Below are positions 23,501 to 35,486 of a stretch of DNA of 64,000 nt, one piece after another. The notes under the pieces are model-generated. The model had not been told where the DNA came from, made no database searches, and saw only the letters and a list, made by a program, of their open reading frames with translations. The position numbers and the translations under genes are program-made. Source of the DNA: Minutocellus sp. GHC0000111. Lineage: Eukaryota. Within the stretch, counting starts at the first letter, position 1. Every line of letters starts with the position of its first letter. Location of the stretch: positions 1,488,001 through 1,552,000 of the forward strand of contig OZ361261.1 in the NCBI GenBank assembly GCA_977018835.1. Reading direction: 5' to 3'.

Positions 23501-26500
23501 GTTCCAATGCTGGACAATATCTGAGGCACAAGACGAGGTACATAGTTGCGGAATTCGTCTGGAACACCGTCTGCCATCTTCTCGACTAGAGAGAGAATGG
23601 TTCCGAGATGCCTGGTTGTGTTCCAGAATTCCTCAACAGTGTCAAAAATAGCCGGTAAATATGGCCGCAAATGATCCTTGACAATTGCACTGAGTGAAAC
23701 CACCTGCTTGAGCAAAGACTCCCGGAGAGACTCTTGACCACAGGTTCTGACGGTATTGAGAATATGTGGCACAATTCGCTTCAGGAATGGAACACACCGC
23801 AGGCCTAAGTTGTTGAAAATATACATGACCGATTGCATCACCATCCCATGATAGACTGCAAGCGATGGATCCTTTAGAATGCGGGTAAGCGCCTGGACTG
23901 CCACCGTGGGATAAAAGTCTTCGTCCGATGGTGTCAAACGAAGATTTGGAGGTAACTTGGAATCTGGTTGCGACGTCATTGCATACTGCTCATACATGAA
24001 GAGATGCGCAGGCTCTTCCTCCTCGCCTGCTTCGTTGCCTTTCTTGGTCTCAGGCTGTGGATGCTGGGATCCATCAGCAAGAAGCTGAGCAGATGATTTG
24101 TTGTTTCCAATGGCAGCAGCTGAGAGAGAACCAGAGAGGTTGACATCCTTGATTACTGCGCCATCGTATGAAGACGAATGTGGGGTCGGAATAGCGACTG
24201 CACCGGACGAGGCGGCTGGAGACTCCGTAACATCATCATCCTCGCCCTCGATGAAATATCCACCTCCTGTTCCACCCGTTTGCCTTGCTTTGTGATTGAA
24301 GTATCGATCAGGATCAAGAGCGCCGAGAATACCAAGGGTTCGAATAACCTCCCGCCTCAGCGCCCAAGGCGCACGCTTTGTTGCTGGAAGGATGTCGGCC
24401 GCAATAGGCAATAACTGTGGAAAGTCCAAATATGGCGTAATCACGTAGCCAGTACCACCTGCAATCTGACCCAGTGTCTTCATACTGGTCCTCTGTTTGT
24501 TGGAGCTGCTCTGATCTTGCATCGTATCCAGAATATGCGGCAGCAGCTGCTGGATCCAAGGCGTCATTTCCTTACCTGTCACCTGCGCTAATTCTCCAAG
24601 AGCCTCCAGACTTGCAGAAGCGAGGCGTGGAGGGGCTCCCTTCTGCGGAAGGGCCTCAATGATTGCCGGAAGAAAGGGCTGTACCAACCGCCCAAGGGCA
24701 TCACCTTGTAAAAATACCACAAGTAAACGGATGGCAGATTCACGTCCTCCTCCTGTGTCTCCTCCACAGCGCAGCTCCAGAATTAGCTCCACCAATACTC
24801 GACGAAGATCTGGAAGGATGGGGGCAGGATTCAAAATCGCTAGTCGGCCGAGCAGACGCAACGCGGCTGCCCGCACGGCCAGCGACTCGTCTTCCAGCAA
24901 CATGAACAATGGGGGTAGATGATGGGCCTGGACAAGGTATGGATCATACCGAGCATCGAGAGCACGGACAATGCAATTGCGAACAAGTGGTGAAAGATCA
25001 CTCACAACCGCAGTCAATAGCTTCTGCAAGACTTCCTCAACAAGAGCGCCCGAGGGACCACCGAGACGCATCTGTAGTATAAGCCCACTGGATGAAACCT
25101 TCGGCTGCAACCCTACTAGTGAGTTCCTGTAGCTCGGGCTGCGACCTTTCCTTGCTAAAGAAGAGGTGGCGGTCTGCTTCGGAAAAAGTAGAAGACAACA
25201 AGTTGACGCTGCCTCTCGGCGGACATCGCTTGATGGATGATTCAAATAGGAAGCCACAACGTCTCGAACAAAGGGCAACAAAGTGACGCAGGATCCATAT
25301 GTGATCTTTTCACCTCGGCCCTTTCCAAATGATCCTAAAGTTCGGAGGGAAAGAACGAGCTTTTCCACCACAGATCGACTCGAGGTCATGTTGATCAATA
25401 TGTTGATGTCTTGATCTCTATTGTCTCCGTCCACATCCAGGCGAGGGTCAGATATATTTCTCACCGACTGTCGTAACGATGGCGTACGGTGATTTGATGC
25501 ATCCAAGTTGAGATGAGCGCTCGAAAGATGACTATCGATACTCACACGGCGCGACTTTGCAGACCAATTAGACATTGATCGAGGACGGCCGCCGTCGGCA
25601 TTCGGAGAAACATCTTCCCACGTCAGATCAATGCTCCCACTCGACCGCTCACCATCTTTGGCACGACTCTGACGGAAGGGATCGCATATTTGTTTGATCG
25701 CCGATGTTCCTGCAAGACAGACAGATATTTCCTCAAGTAGCCTGTCCTCAATGGCGAGTTTCTCGGATGGTAGACGCGAAGCTATTGCGCGTAGGCACAG
25801 TATCAGATCCCTACTCAATCCAGTCGCAAACATGCACTCCAGTAAATCACCAACGTAATCTCTACTGTGCTCGCCAAGCGCCTGAACTAGATCCGCGCCA
25901 CAATGTAGAGCCTCACTTCTAGTATCGGCACTAATACCTCCAGATTGCTTTGTTGTTTGCTTCGTTGGTGCAGGAATTAGGAATGATTTCTGCAACTCGC
26001 TCTTCACAAGTGTGAAGATCTCGTCAAGCCTTGCATAAATATCTCCGTCATTGCTATCATACACGTACTCCTTCTCATTTGGGTTGTCCTGTTTCCTTTG
26101 AAGCTGGATCGTTGTACGGATAATACCCTCGCCTGATGGACCACGCATGGCGAGAGCAAGCTGTCCGATGGCAAAGAAGGCCGCCGGTCGAAGATCGACT
26201 CCCACCTTCTGAGGAGGCGGAGTCATCGCACTGATAATGAGAAAATCCAAGCTTTGCCTCAGATATCTCCGACAAAAAGAACCTGGATGACACTGAGCCA
26301 GTCGGGGGAGCAGTCGAATAGCCTCGAGACGGATCAAAGCCTTGGAGTGGTTGGCCAGCTCAAGCACGGCATCGCAACTGACCTCAAGACGTGGGCGGAT
26401 GAAATCAACACAGTGGTCAAGCATCTCTCGCAGAACAAGCAAAGACGCATGCTGTCCAGCCTCGAGCCGAATATTTCCAAGTATATTCGCATTAGGATTG

Positions 26501-28095
26501 TTGTTGCGTTTAATCGAGGCTTGCTGCTTCTGCTTCTGCTTTTTGGGGGCTTCAAACCCGTCCAGCATGCTTGTATACACCTGGCACAGAAGTCCTGTAG
26601 TAGAGCTTAGCTTCCTATCCATAATGACGCGTAGGCAGGCACCAAGAGCATCCGCGGCGCACACCCTTACAATCGGTTGTGGGTCTCTCAACACAGGAAA
26701 TATCTGGTCGATGAAATCATTATTTGCTGGTTGACCGAGGATGGTTTGCGTCGTCTTGGTGAAGAATGCTGTCGGGGCGTTAAAGGCGAGTTCTTTCAAA
26801 GTCAACGTTGCAGCGAGCCGTCGATCAGATCGTTCCGTCCGAAGCCACTCAAGAGCTCGCGTGATCTCGAATTCGACGTAGTCCACATTTGCCGCACCCG
26901 TGGCCATCCGTCCCAACGCCTTGGACACGGCAGCCAAGAACTCATAATCAACATTATTGGATCGAAGGCCATTGCTCAAATTGTTCGCAAACTTGATTGC
27001 CTTCTTCTCCTCATCTGCAGACGGCACATCGATGAGACTATCCAATGCAACGACACCAGCCACGCGATTGACATTGTCCGCCGAATGAACCAAGGCAAAG
27101 ATAGACTTGAAAACATCGGCCTCGACCAAGGCAAATCGTTCCAGAGACATTTCATGGCCCAGTACTCGAACGAAGGCCGCCAGCTCGAGAGCGGCCTGGC
27201 GATTCGCTCGGCTTCTCGCACGGCACGTTCCATAGTCCGCCATGGGAGCCAAGCCACCCTTGCCGGACTGAATACCATCGATACCACCAATTGAGCTGCT
27301 TGCTGACGCCGATCCCTGGTTGGATGGTGGGAGCAGTTGCGAAAGAAACGAGCGAGATGCTGGAAAGTTGCCTCTTCCATCCATATCGACCGAGGCTTGC
27401 GAAAGGTGGCGCAAATGTGGCGTCGATCTTAGTAAATTGTCGGCATGAGACGATGACAACTTATAGGATTGTTTGGCCGCTGCTCTATGGAGGGCCTGGA
27501 CACCCACGAGTTGGTAACCCCCGGCACCGCTTGATTGGGCTTTCTGTTGCTGCGTGGGACTGTTGGTGGTTGAGGATGTGGCAGGGATCTCAGAACCCTC
27601 CTCCGACAGTCGGGCGAGATGTGTCTTTTTGAACGCAAAGGACGACAGTCTCCTCCGTTCCATCCGGCTATCTGCCGGACTCGCCGCTTCGTTATTATTT
27701 ATCAGACTCCCGCCGCCGATGCTACTGCTCGACGGAGATCCTGGCAATCCAGAGGCGGACACCACCGAAACACCAGCCGCGGCGGCAGCAGCAGCAGCAG
27801 CATCGCCCCCACCTGCATCGCCGCTGGCCCAGCCCCCCTCGTCCATTTCGTTGGTGGCAGCGTCCATTCTCCGAGCCATATCCTCCACGTCTACATCGCT
27901 GGCGTACGGGAGGACTCCGAAGCCCATAACGACGCCGACCTGAGGACCAGACGAGGCAGCGTGCTTTCGGCGCAGGTCGGCGAGCAGTTTGGTCAGCGGT
28001 GATTCGGCCGCCTTGGACGTGACCATGTTCCCGCTACCTGCTCCCGACCCACCGCCACTGTCCATGTCGAGGGGGATAAAGTCCATGTCCGTCAT
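17559..28095 (-). CDS. TOR: Serine/threonine kinase TOR; exons 28095-22107, 21938-20645, 20502-17559 (~3,408 aa)
   Basis: HEAT repeats; FAT; FRB (WWEGLEDASRLYF...AWDLYY); PIKK kinase (KGHEDLRQDERVMQLF, GLGDRHPSN, HIDFGDCF); FATC ending IGWCAFW. GT-AG introns 21939-22106 and 20503-20644 join the exons in frame. Confidence 0.97.
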
Positions 28096-28703
28096 GATTG
28101 GAAGAATTTATGTACTAAGCAGAGCACGTAGCACAAGGTGTCTGCTGTAGCGAAATGTTCTGTGCTGGAAATTGCAGAGAAGAGACACTCGACTGTTCGA
28201 TCGTATCGCGATTATGCGTGCCGGTTCTTATTGATACGAACCCACACACACATGGGCGGGGACAAGTGATACGAAAAGTTATATTTGCTGGTGACAATGG
28301 TGATTTGGTTGTTATGATCGAGTCGAGCCAATAGATGTACCAGTACCAGTACCAGCGGCCAGCGGCAACGGCAGCCAAGTCGGCCCTTGCGGCAGCCAGG
28401 GCCTCAGGCACTCAGGCAGGAGGCAGGGCAAGATTATCGATGTGATCTTGCCGGACGGTTGACGGATGAACGATAATAATATATCCGGGTTCCTGTAGTT
28501 CCGGTTGCGATTGCGTTGCCTGAGCTGTTGCCTGCTCTCGCTCGCTCGCTCGGCTTCTGTCCTCCTGTCCACACCACGAATTCCCGTGTACGTTGCACAG
28601 TAGCCAAATCCAGACTCTACACACCTTCGCTCTGTAAATTATGTTCTGTAGTTCGTCGTTGAGTTAGTTAGATGATCTAGTTGTTATACATGTAATAGAT
28701 CTA

Positions 28704-30201
28704 GAGTGATTCCACGAGACCGCCGACAAAATCGCCGTAAATAGTAAGGCACTAGGAAATTTTTTTTGCGATACTTTATGCAGCGCAAAAATGAACCCAC
28801 TAAATGGCCTCTCTCAACACGGCGAAAGCAAGGAGAATTCATCTCCACAAGAAGGCCACCAAATGATGGTATAACGATAAATAACTCCAAGCCAACCGAT
28901 GTATACGCCAACTACATGCGTTAGGTGAGTATTGCATACTTGAAAGCAAACTCATTCGTACATCATGTGCTATTTTAGCAACATCTCCTCATGCCCAGAA
29001 ATTTTCAATATTTTTTTACCCTCAAAATGGCAAAGAATGATGGCTGATGCTTGTCTACATCCATTTCAATCCTCCCTGACCGGCATTACTTTCACTTGGG
29101 TAATATTGGGAGCAAGTTTGCGCCAGAGGGTCGATATTGGGCCCCATCTTTGTATCATTGTGGCCGTCACCATGGAAAGCAAAAACATCTGAAAGTAGCA
29201 AATCCCCAACTACAACCCCCTTCAAGCCTCAACCACTGTTCCTTCACGCAATATCAGCACGCACGATGCTCATTCTATATTACATCCATCGATCTCACGT
29301 GTTGGTTTGGCCGCTTTCTCCGGTTTCGTTCCTCTCGGGCGGCAGAAGCAATGAAGGTGAAATCTGGTGCCGACATCAGACACGGGACTTTGGGAATAGT
29401 TTTCTCTATGAATTGTCAAGAAATGCCACCACCCCCCACTCAAATGCGCTTGGTATATATATGGGTGAAGCGTCGACGGCTCAGTGCAACGGAAGTGGTG
29501 CATGGACCGCATAAAAGCATCCGGACCAACTTTCGGATGGGTGGTGTAATGGGGGTGGTAATGGCGCTGGGCCACATTTCGCGGTACAGGCACGCACCGA
29601 CGCACCGCTATCGCCCAAAAATCCCTTCCAGTAATATTCAGGAAGGCATCTAGGTGGTCAGAGTGTATGCGATGGCCGGGGTGGTGCTGTACATCGGGCG
29701 AACATGGTCGTGATGGAACGTCGGAAACTGTCGAAAAAATCGGGTCTAACGCGAACGAATTTTTCAAGGCTCAAAAAAGTAATTGCAAGTCTCCTGCTGC
29801 ACCACAGTGTTGTGAAAGGCTATTACAAGGGTATGGTGCCCCGTAGTCTTGATTGTTCTCAATGGGAGGCACGTCGGCGACACATGTTGTGGCCCCATTC
29901 GTTGAACGAAATGGGTTTTGTTTCGTTATAAAGTTTGATGTATTTTTTCTTTCTTGAAACAGCACAAGTGTATTCTACGACATAAAAATAAATTTTCAAA
30001 CAATAGTGTACCAAAAGAAACACTCTAATACCGTATCTATATCATGTGCTAAAAGAGCACCAAGATCATTGTACCAACTTCCTTTTATTGTTGATTATGG
30101 TCTACAATACCCTTCTGAGTAAGGATCATCAATAAAAGGAAGTTGGTACAATGTTTACGAAACATCGCGGAGGGGGTGTCTGCTCTCTCGTGAAATCACT
30201 C
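28704..30201. mobile_element. Non-autonomous TIR DNA transposon (~1.5 kb) with a 4-bp TCTA target-site duplication
   Basis: Left end GAGTGATTCCACGAGACCGCCGACA (28704-28728) matches the reverse complement of 30177-30201 (GAGTGATTTCACGAGAGAGCAGACA) at 21/25. TCTA flanks both ends (28700-28703, 30202-30205). The interior is AT-richer with no recognisable transposase. Confidence 0.75.
30067..30153. repeat. Perfect 24-bp inverted repeat (hairpin) inside the transposon
   Basis: CATTGTACCAACTTCCTTTTATTG (30067-30090) is the exact reverse complement of 30130-30153. Confidence 0.95.
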
Positions 30202-30359
30202 TCTACTTCTTTTTTCATAAATCACAGTTACGAATAATTTCGATACGATCCCTCAGCAGCACAAAAATGAAATGCTCACCCGGGCCGAGTTGAGTTGAAT
30301 GGTTTTCAAGCCATGATAGCAGCTACGTGGTAAAAATAAAGAAAACACATACCGGTCGA

Positions 30360-33300
30360 CTATGCAACCTCCTCCTCGGCTGCTTCGGTCATCGCTGTGC
30401 TTGTATTCATTTGAACCTTGCTACCAGCATCTTGGACAGATGATGAGGTAGACGCGGCCTTATTGGTCGCATCTGCCAAACCCTTGGGCCGGGAGCCTCG
30501 GCCTCCATCTTTACCAAATGCCTTGGGATCGATTGTAACGCTCTTGGTGCAATTGTTCGTCTTGTAGATGCCCACCAACCTATCGGCGAGCTCGAACATA
30601 TTGTTCCTCAACGAAATGATGATGAATTGCGCGTTCTTGGTCCTCTCCTTGATGTAGTTCGCCACGATCGATACATTCTTAAAGTCAAGTGCAGCGTCGA
30701 TCTCGTCCATCACATAAAGCGGAGTTGGCTTGTAGTGATGAAGTGCAAACACCAACGCCAGGGACGACAGTGTCTTCTCTCCACCAGAAAGGTTGGCAAT
30801 GTTCTTCCAAGACTTTTTCGGTGGACGGACAGAGAAAACAATACCCTCCGAGAAGGGATCAAGGGAATCCACTAATTCGAGCTCCGCATCTGATGATATT
30901 CGAAGAAGATGGGCGAAAGAAAGAGGAAGTAGAGTGAGTAAGAGAAACTTTTGAAATAGGCCCACAACAGATAATTCAATACCAAGGTAAACTCACCTCC
31001 ACCCAAGGTAATCATCTGATACATTTCCTTGAGCTTGAGCGAAATCTTTCCGAATCCATCCATGAACATTTCGAGACGGAGCCTTCGGAGCTCTTCGTGC
31101 TTCCGTCTAGCCTCATTCCTCTGCTCGGTAATCTCATCCAAATCCGCAACCTTGGACAGGTAGTCGGCCTCCTTCTTACGGTAGTCCTCGATAGCTCCCA
31201 TATTGGCGTTCTTGGCAATCGAATCACGTTCCTTCTCAAGAGTGGTGATATCTCTCTTGAGATCTTCAGTATCGTACTGCTCGAGGGCACCCTTGGGGAG
31301 AGTGGGAAGGGATTGACGACCAGAGGAGGAGTTGGATTCCTTGCTCTTGTCACCGGTGCTGTTATTGTCACCCTCCTCGTTGTCCTCTTCAATGGAATCA
31401 TTATCGTTTCCGGTGGACTCCTCACCATCCTCCTTGGGGGCAGCGCTGGACGACTCATCTTTGTCCTCAGCTTCATCATCGCCCTCATCGTCGGAGAAGT
31501 CATAGGCATCGTCATTCTCATCGGCCTCATGGAGCTTGGAAATCTCATCATCCCAATGCTGGACACGCCTATCGCAATCTCTGGCGAGCTTCTCAAAGTT
31601 GTCGAGCTGTGCGACGAGCTCAACTTCGACACACTTGAGCTTGGACTGCATCTGCTTCAGCTCCTCCGACTCCTTCGATACCGACTCGAGCTCTGCACGC
31701 TTTTCAGCTTCGACCTTCTTCACGTTCTCATATGCCATAAACACAGCCTCTGCACCCTGCTCCAAATCCATACGTTCCGCCATCTTCTTCTCCATCGTCT
31801 CCTTGGACTTCTCCAGATCACTCTGCGGGGTCTCGGCCGCCTTCTGAGCCTTCTTGGCAGCCTTCTGCGAGCTGGTGATGGTAACCTTGGCCGAGCTCAG
31901 CTCCTTGCTGGTCTTGTTCTGCAGATCCAAAGCCTTCTTGCAGGCATCCTGCTGCTTCTTCAGCTTGGGTCCACCAACGTCGAGGATCGATTTCTGAAGC
32001 TTGGCAACCTCGGCCTCCAACTTGGATGCAAGCATGGCGCAAGATGCCATATCAGACTTGCACTTTTCAGCCTTGGTCTTGAGCTCCTTGAGCTTCTTTT
32101 CGTCCTCCTTGGAAACAGTGCACTGCTCCCGAAGCTCGGGAATACGCTTCGTGAGCTCCTCACGGGTGGTATCGCAGCCCTCAATCTCCATCGTAAGCTT
32201 GGGAAGCTTGACGGTAAGGCTCTTGATACGACGCTTGAGCGTACGGATCTCCTCCACGAGTGCCCGACGCTTGGATCGGCACTCCTGCAGGTCCTTGAGA
32301 GCCTTCTTAGCCTCAGCCTCAAGCTCTTTGCTGTCCATTTCCTCGGCATCAACGTCCATGGCAACGGCCTGGGAAGAGGAACCGCCCTTTCCGTTCTGTC
32401 AAAAATAGATATGAATAAGAGAAGCGATGATAAAACTCGTGCCTGAGAAGATACTGTCAATGCCTTAGGCTCAATATCAATAGTCTTCACAGAGAAAAGA
32501 CTCACCTTGAGACGCATACCGCCTCTACGAACGGACTTTCCACCACCGGACATGGTTCCAGATCCCTCAATCAGCTTGCCATCGACAGTGACGACTCGCC
32601 AGCGCTTGCCAAAGTCAAAGGCCCAACGGGTAGCGGTATCAAGATCGGGAGCGACCAGGGTGTTGCCAACGCCCAGATAGATGGCGGGGGTAACAGCGGG
32701 GTGTCTGGGGCTGATGAGATCAAACAGCCTAGGAGCACCCTCCGGTGTCTCAACGGCCCGGTCATGTGCACCCTTCTTGGTCTTGTCCATAGCGACAAAG
32801 TTGGCACGTCCAAGGTCGTGCTTGCGAAGGAAGGTGAGGCATCGCTGAGCACCAGCTGAGGTCTGGACGACGATGTGATCCAACATACCGCAAGCCGTCG
32901 AAACGGCAACGTCGTACTCCTCATTGATGGTGGCAAGATCACCAAGACGTCCAAGGATACCAACCTTGGACAACTCACCGCCCTTCTTGGCTGCCTCCAG
33001 AATTCCGGCAACAGCCTGCGAGCGACCAGAGCTGGCCTGACGAGCGGCCTTGGCCTCCTCAGCACGTGCCTGCGAAAAGAAAACAAGAAATATGGATATG
33101 ATTAGAACAATCCGACTGGTATCTTTCATCTCATAATACATCCAACCTGGACACATCATCGCATACTACTCACCATGAGGGCCGAATTCTTGGCAGCAAG
33201 GGTCTTCTCGGTCTCAGCCAGAGCCTTCTCCTCTGCCTCGGCATCAACGACGCGCTGCTTGGATTCGGCGAGCTCATCCTCGCAGGCAGCAAGCTCGTCC

Positions 33301-35185
33301 CTCTTCTTCTGCTGCGTGTCGGAGAGGGAGGCCAGCTCCTTCTCAGACACCTCCAGCTGCTCCATGGCACGGGTAGTGGAATCCTCCATGAGCTTGACCT
33401 CGGTGGTGGCCTCATCAAGGGCGTTCTGGTACACGGCCCGCTCCTGCTTGACGGGGGCCAGCTCCTGCGTCTTCTCCTCGAGCTCAACACGGAGCTGATC
33501 GGTCTTGCCCTTGACCTGCTCGAAGATTTCCTCGAGCTTGGCATCCTCCTCGGCCTTGGCCTCCTGGCACTCGACGAGCTTCTCCTCCAGTGTGGGGATG
33601 GACTCCTCGGCCTCGGCGGCCTTGGCGGTGGCATCCTCCTCCTTCTTCTTCTCGGCCTTGACCTTGGCCTCGAGCTTCTTCACTTTGGCCTTCTCGGCCT
33701 TGACGTCCTCCTTGAGCTGGATGTCCTTCCGCTCGTACGCGGCGAACTCCTCCTTGGTCTTCTTGAGCTCGGCATGGATCTTGTCGTATTCGGCCGTCTG
33801 GGCGGCGATGCCGGATTCGATCTCGGCAACGCGCTCGTCGGCACCGCCGATCTTGACCCGCTCCTCCTCCAGCTTGGCCTCGGTCTCCCGCTTCTGCTCC
33901 AGGGCCTTCTCGGCCTCCTCGTTGGCGGCCATCATGTTGATCTGATACAGGACGTTCTTCTTGCGGCGGATCTCCCGCTCCTTGGAAAGGAGGGCCTCGG
34001 CCTCGAGCTTGGCCCCCTCCAGTCCCTCCTTCTCCTTCTCGACGGCCTTGACGCGGTTGAGCTTCTCCTGCCTCTGCTCGGACAGGGCCTCCACCTTGGT
34101 CGATGCCTCCTTGGTCTCGTCGAGGAACTTGTTGGACCCGATGATGTCCTCCAGGTACTCGAGAAGGCCATCGTCGTCCTCGGTTTTGCCCTTGGGGGGC
34201 ATCATGGAGATCATCTCGACCTCGCCCTGCAGGATGAGGAAGCGGTTGTTGTTGAGGTCGATGCCCTTGGAGTCGAGGTACTTGGCCACGTCCTTGAAGG
34301 CGCAGTTCTTGCCGTCGAGCTTGTAGCTGGAGGAGTTGTCCCGGCGGGCGATGCGGGTGACGATGATCTCGCTGCCGGGGACGACGTCGTAGTCCTCGTC
34401 GGCGTCTCCGGTGTCGACGATCTCGTGGAAGTGGACGGAAACGCGGGCATACTGGAGGGGATCGTCCTTGAAGGCGTCGGAGGAGTGGATGAGCTCGGAC
34501 ACCTTGTTGAGCCGGAGCTTCTTGGCGCGCTTGCCAAAGACGAAGAGCATGGCGTCGATGACGTTGGACTTGCCGGATCCGTTGGGACCGACGACGGAGG
34601 AGAAGCATTTGTGGAACGGCCCGATCTCCCGCACTCCGGCGTACGACTTAAAGTTCTCCAGGACCTTGGTTTGGGGGTGGTTGGGCGATGTTGGAGATGC
34701 GTGGGGTGGGGAGGGGGGAATGCGTGAGATGGATAAGAATATGGGCATGTAATCGAGAACAAATTTGCCAAAAGTAAGGGATGTGCCAAATTTGAATCCG
34801 TTCGGCTTCTGCTGCCATGGTCTTAATGGCATACTCGTATCATGCACCAGATATTCCCCGTCTTGCACACGAAGGGACTCATACGCAAGAGAACATCAAC
34901 CAATCAATGCAGCGACTGAACTTCTAACTCCACCCATCCTCATCTCTGTATGCATTGCCCAATCGTTTAGCACAGAATTATCGGTGAACACCCAGACTCG
35001 ACACTCGAATCATTTTCATCATCGGAACAAAAACTCACCATCTTTGAGATCATCAACCGAGGGGGAGGGCCGGAAGCGGCACCGCCTTCGTTGTTATTGT
35101 TCGGTGCCTCAACCTCCATCATATTTTCGCTATCGCTGGAGGCCATGTCAGCCGGCGGTGGAGCTTGCTGGTCGGCTTCCACCAT
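30360..35185 (-). CDS. SMC4: Condensin subunit SMC4; introns 34665-35038, 33070-33173, 32396-32505, 30890-30996
   Basis: RLMISKM|VLENFKSYAG; Walker A GPNGSGKSNVIDAMLFVFG; hinge GRLGDL...GTMSGGG; signature LSGGEKTLSSLAL; Walker B YVMDEIDAALD. All four GT-AG introns keep the frame. Confidence 0.96.
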
Positions 35186-35269
35186 CGTTGCAACGGTTTT
35201 TTGGCCGATTTCGTACAGACGGTTTGGGATGCGGTTGTAAAATTAAGATGAGGAATTCCTAAGATGTGT

Positions 35270-35346
35270 GCATGCGACGCACCAGCCAGCACTACATGGG
35301 ATGCGGTTTTTGGCGGCTTGTGCTGAAACGCATGCGACGCACCAGC
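35270..35346. promoter_or_regulatory. 17-bp direct repeat in the SMC4 / CW-protein divergent promoter
   Basis: GCATGCGACGCACCAGC at 35270 and 35330, with an E2F-like TTTTGGCGG between them. Confidence 0.45.
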
Positions 35347-35486
35347 ACGTCGTCAACTTTTCGGCCGCGAATAGAAGGGACCGCGCGCAGGCAGCAGCAG
35401 CAGCAAGTATTATTTGCTCAGAAGAGCCCAAGATACGAGTACTTAGTATTGCCTTGAACAAACCACACTCCACCACAAAATCAACC

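Noticed and set aside
29051..29767. 200-aa and 165-aa ORFs inside the TIR element as a transposase or Fanzor/TnpB
   Set aside because: No DDE/DDD, RuvC or zinc-finger motif recognisable, and they overlap on opposite strands. A profile search could still reveal decayed remnants.
31097..34727. Long antisense or alternate-frame ORFs over SMC4 (449, 374 and 317 aa), and similar ones over NOC2, TBCC and the 1932-3479 gene
   Set aside because: Shadows of strongly biased codon usage; low-complexity translations with no family motifs.
34665..35038. Box C-like ATGATGA in the long first SMC4 intron as a snoRNA
   Set aside because: No box D (CTGA) at a suitable distance on that strand and no terminal stem seen.
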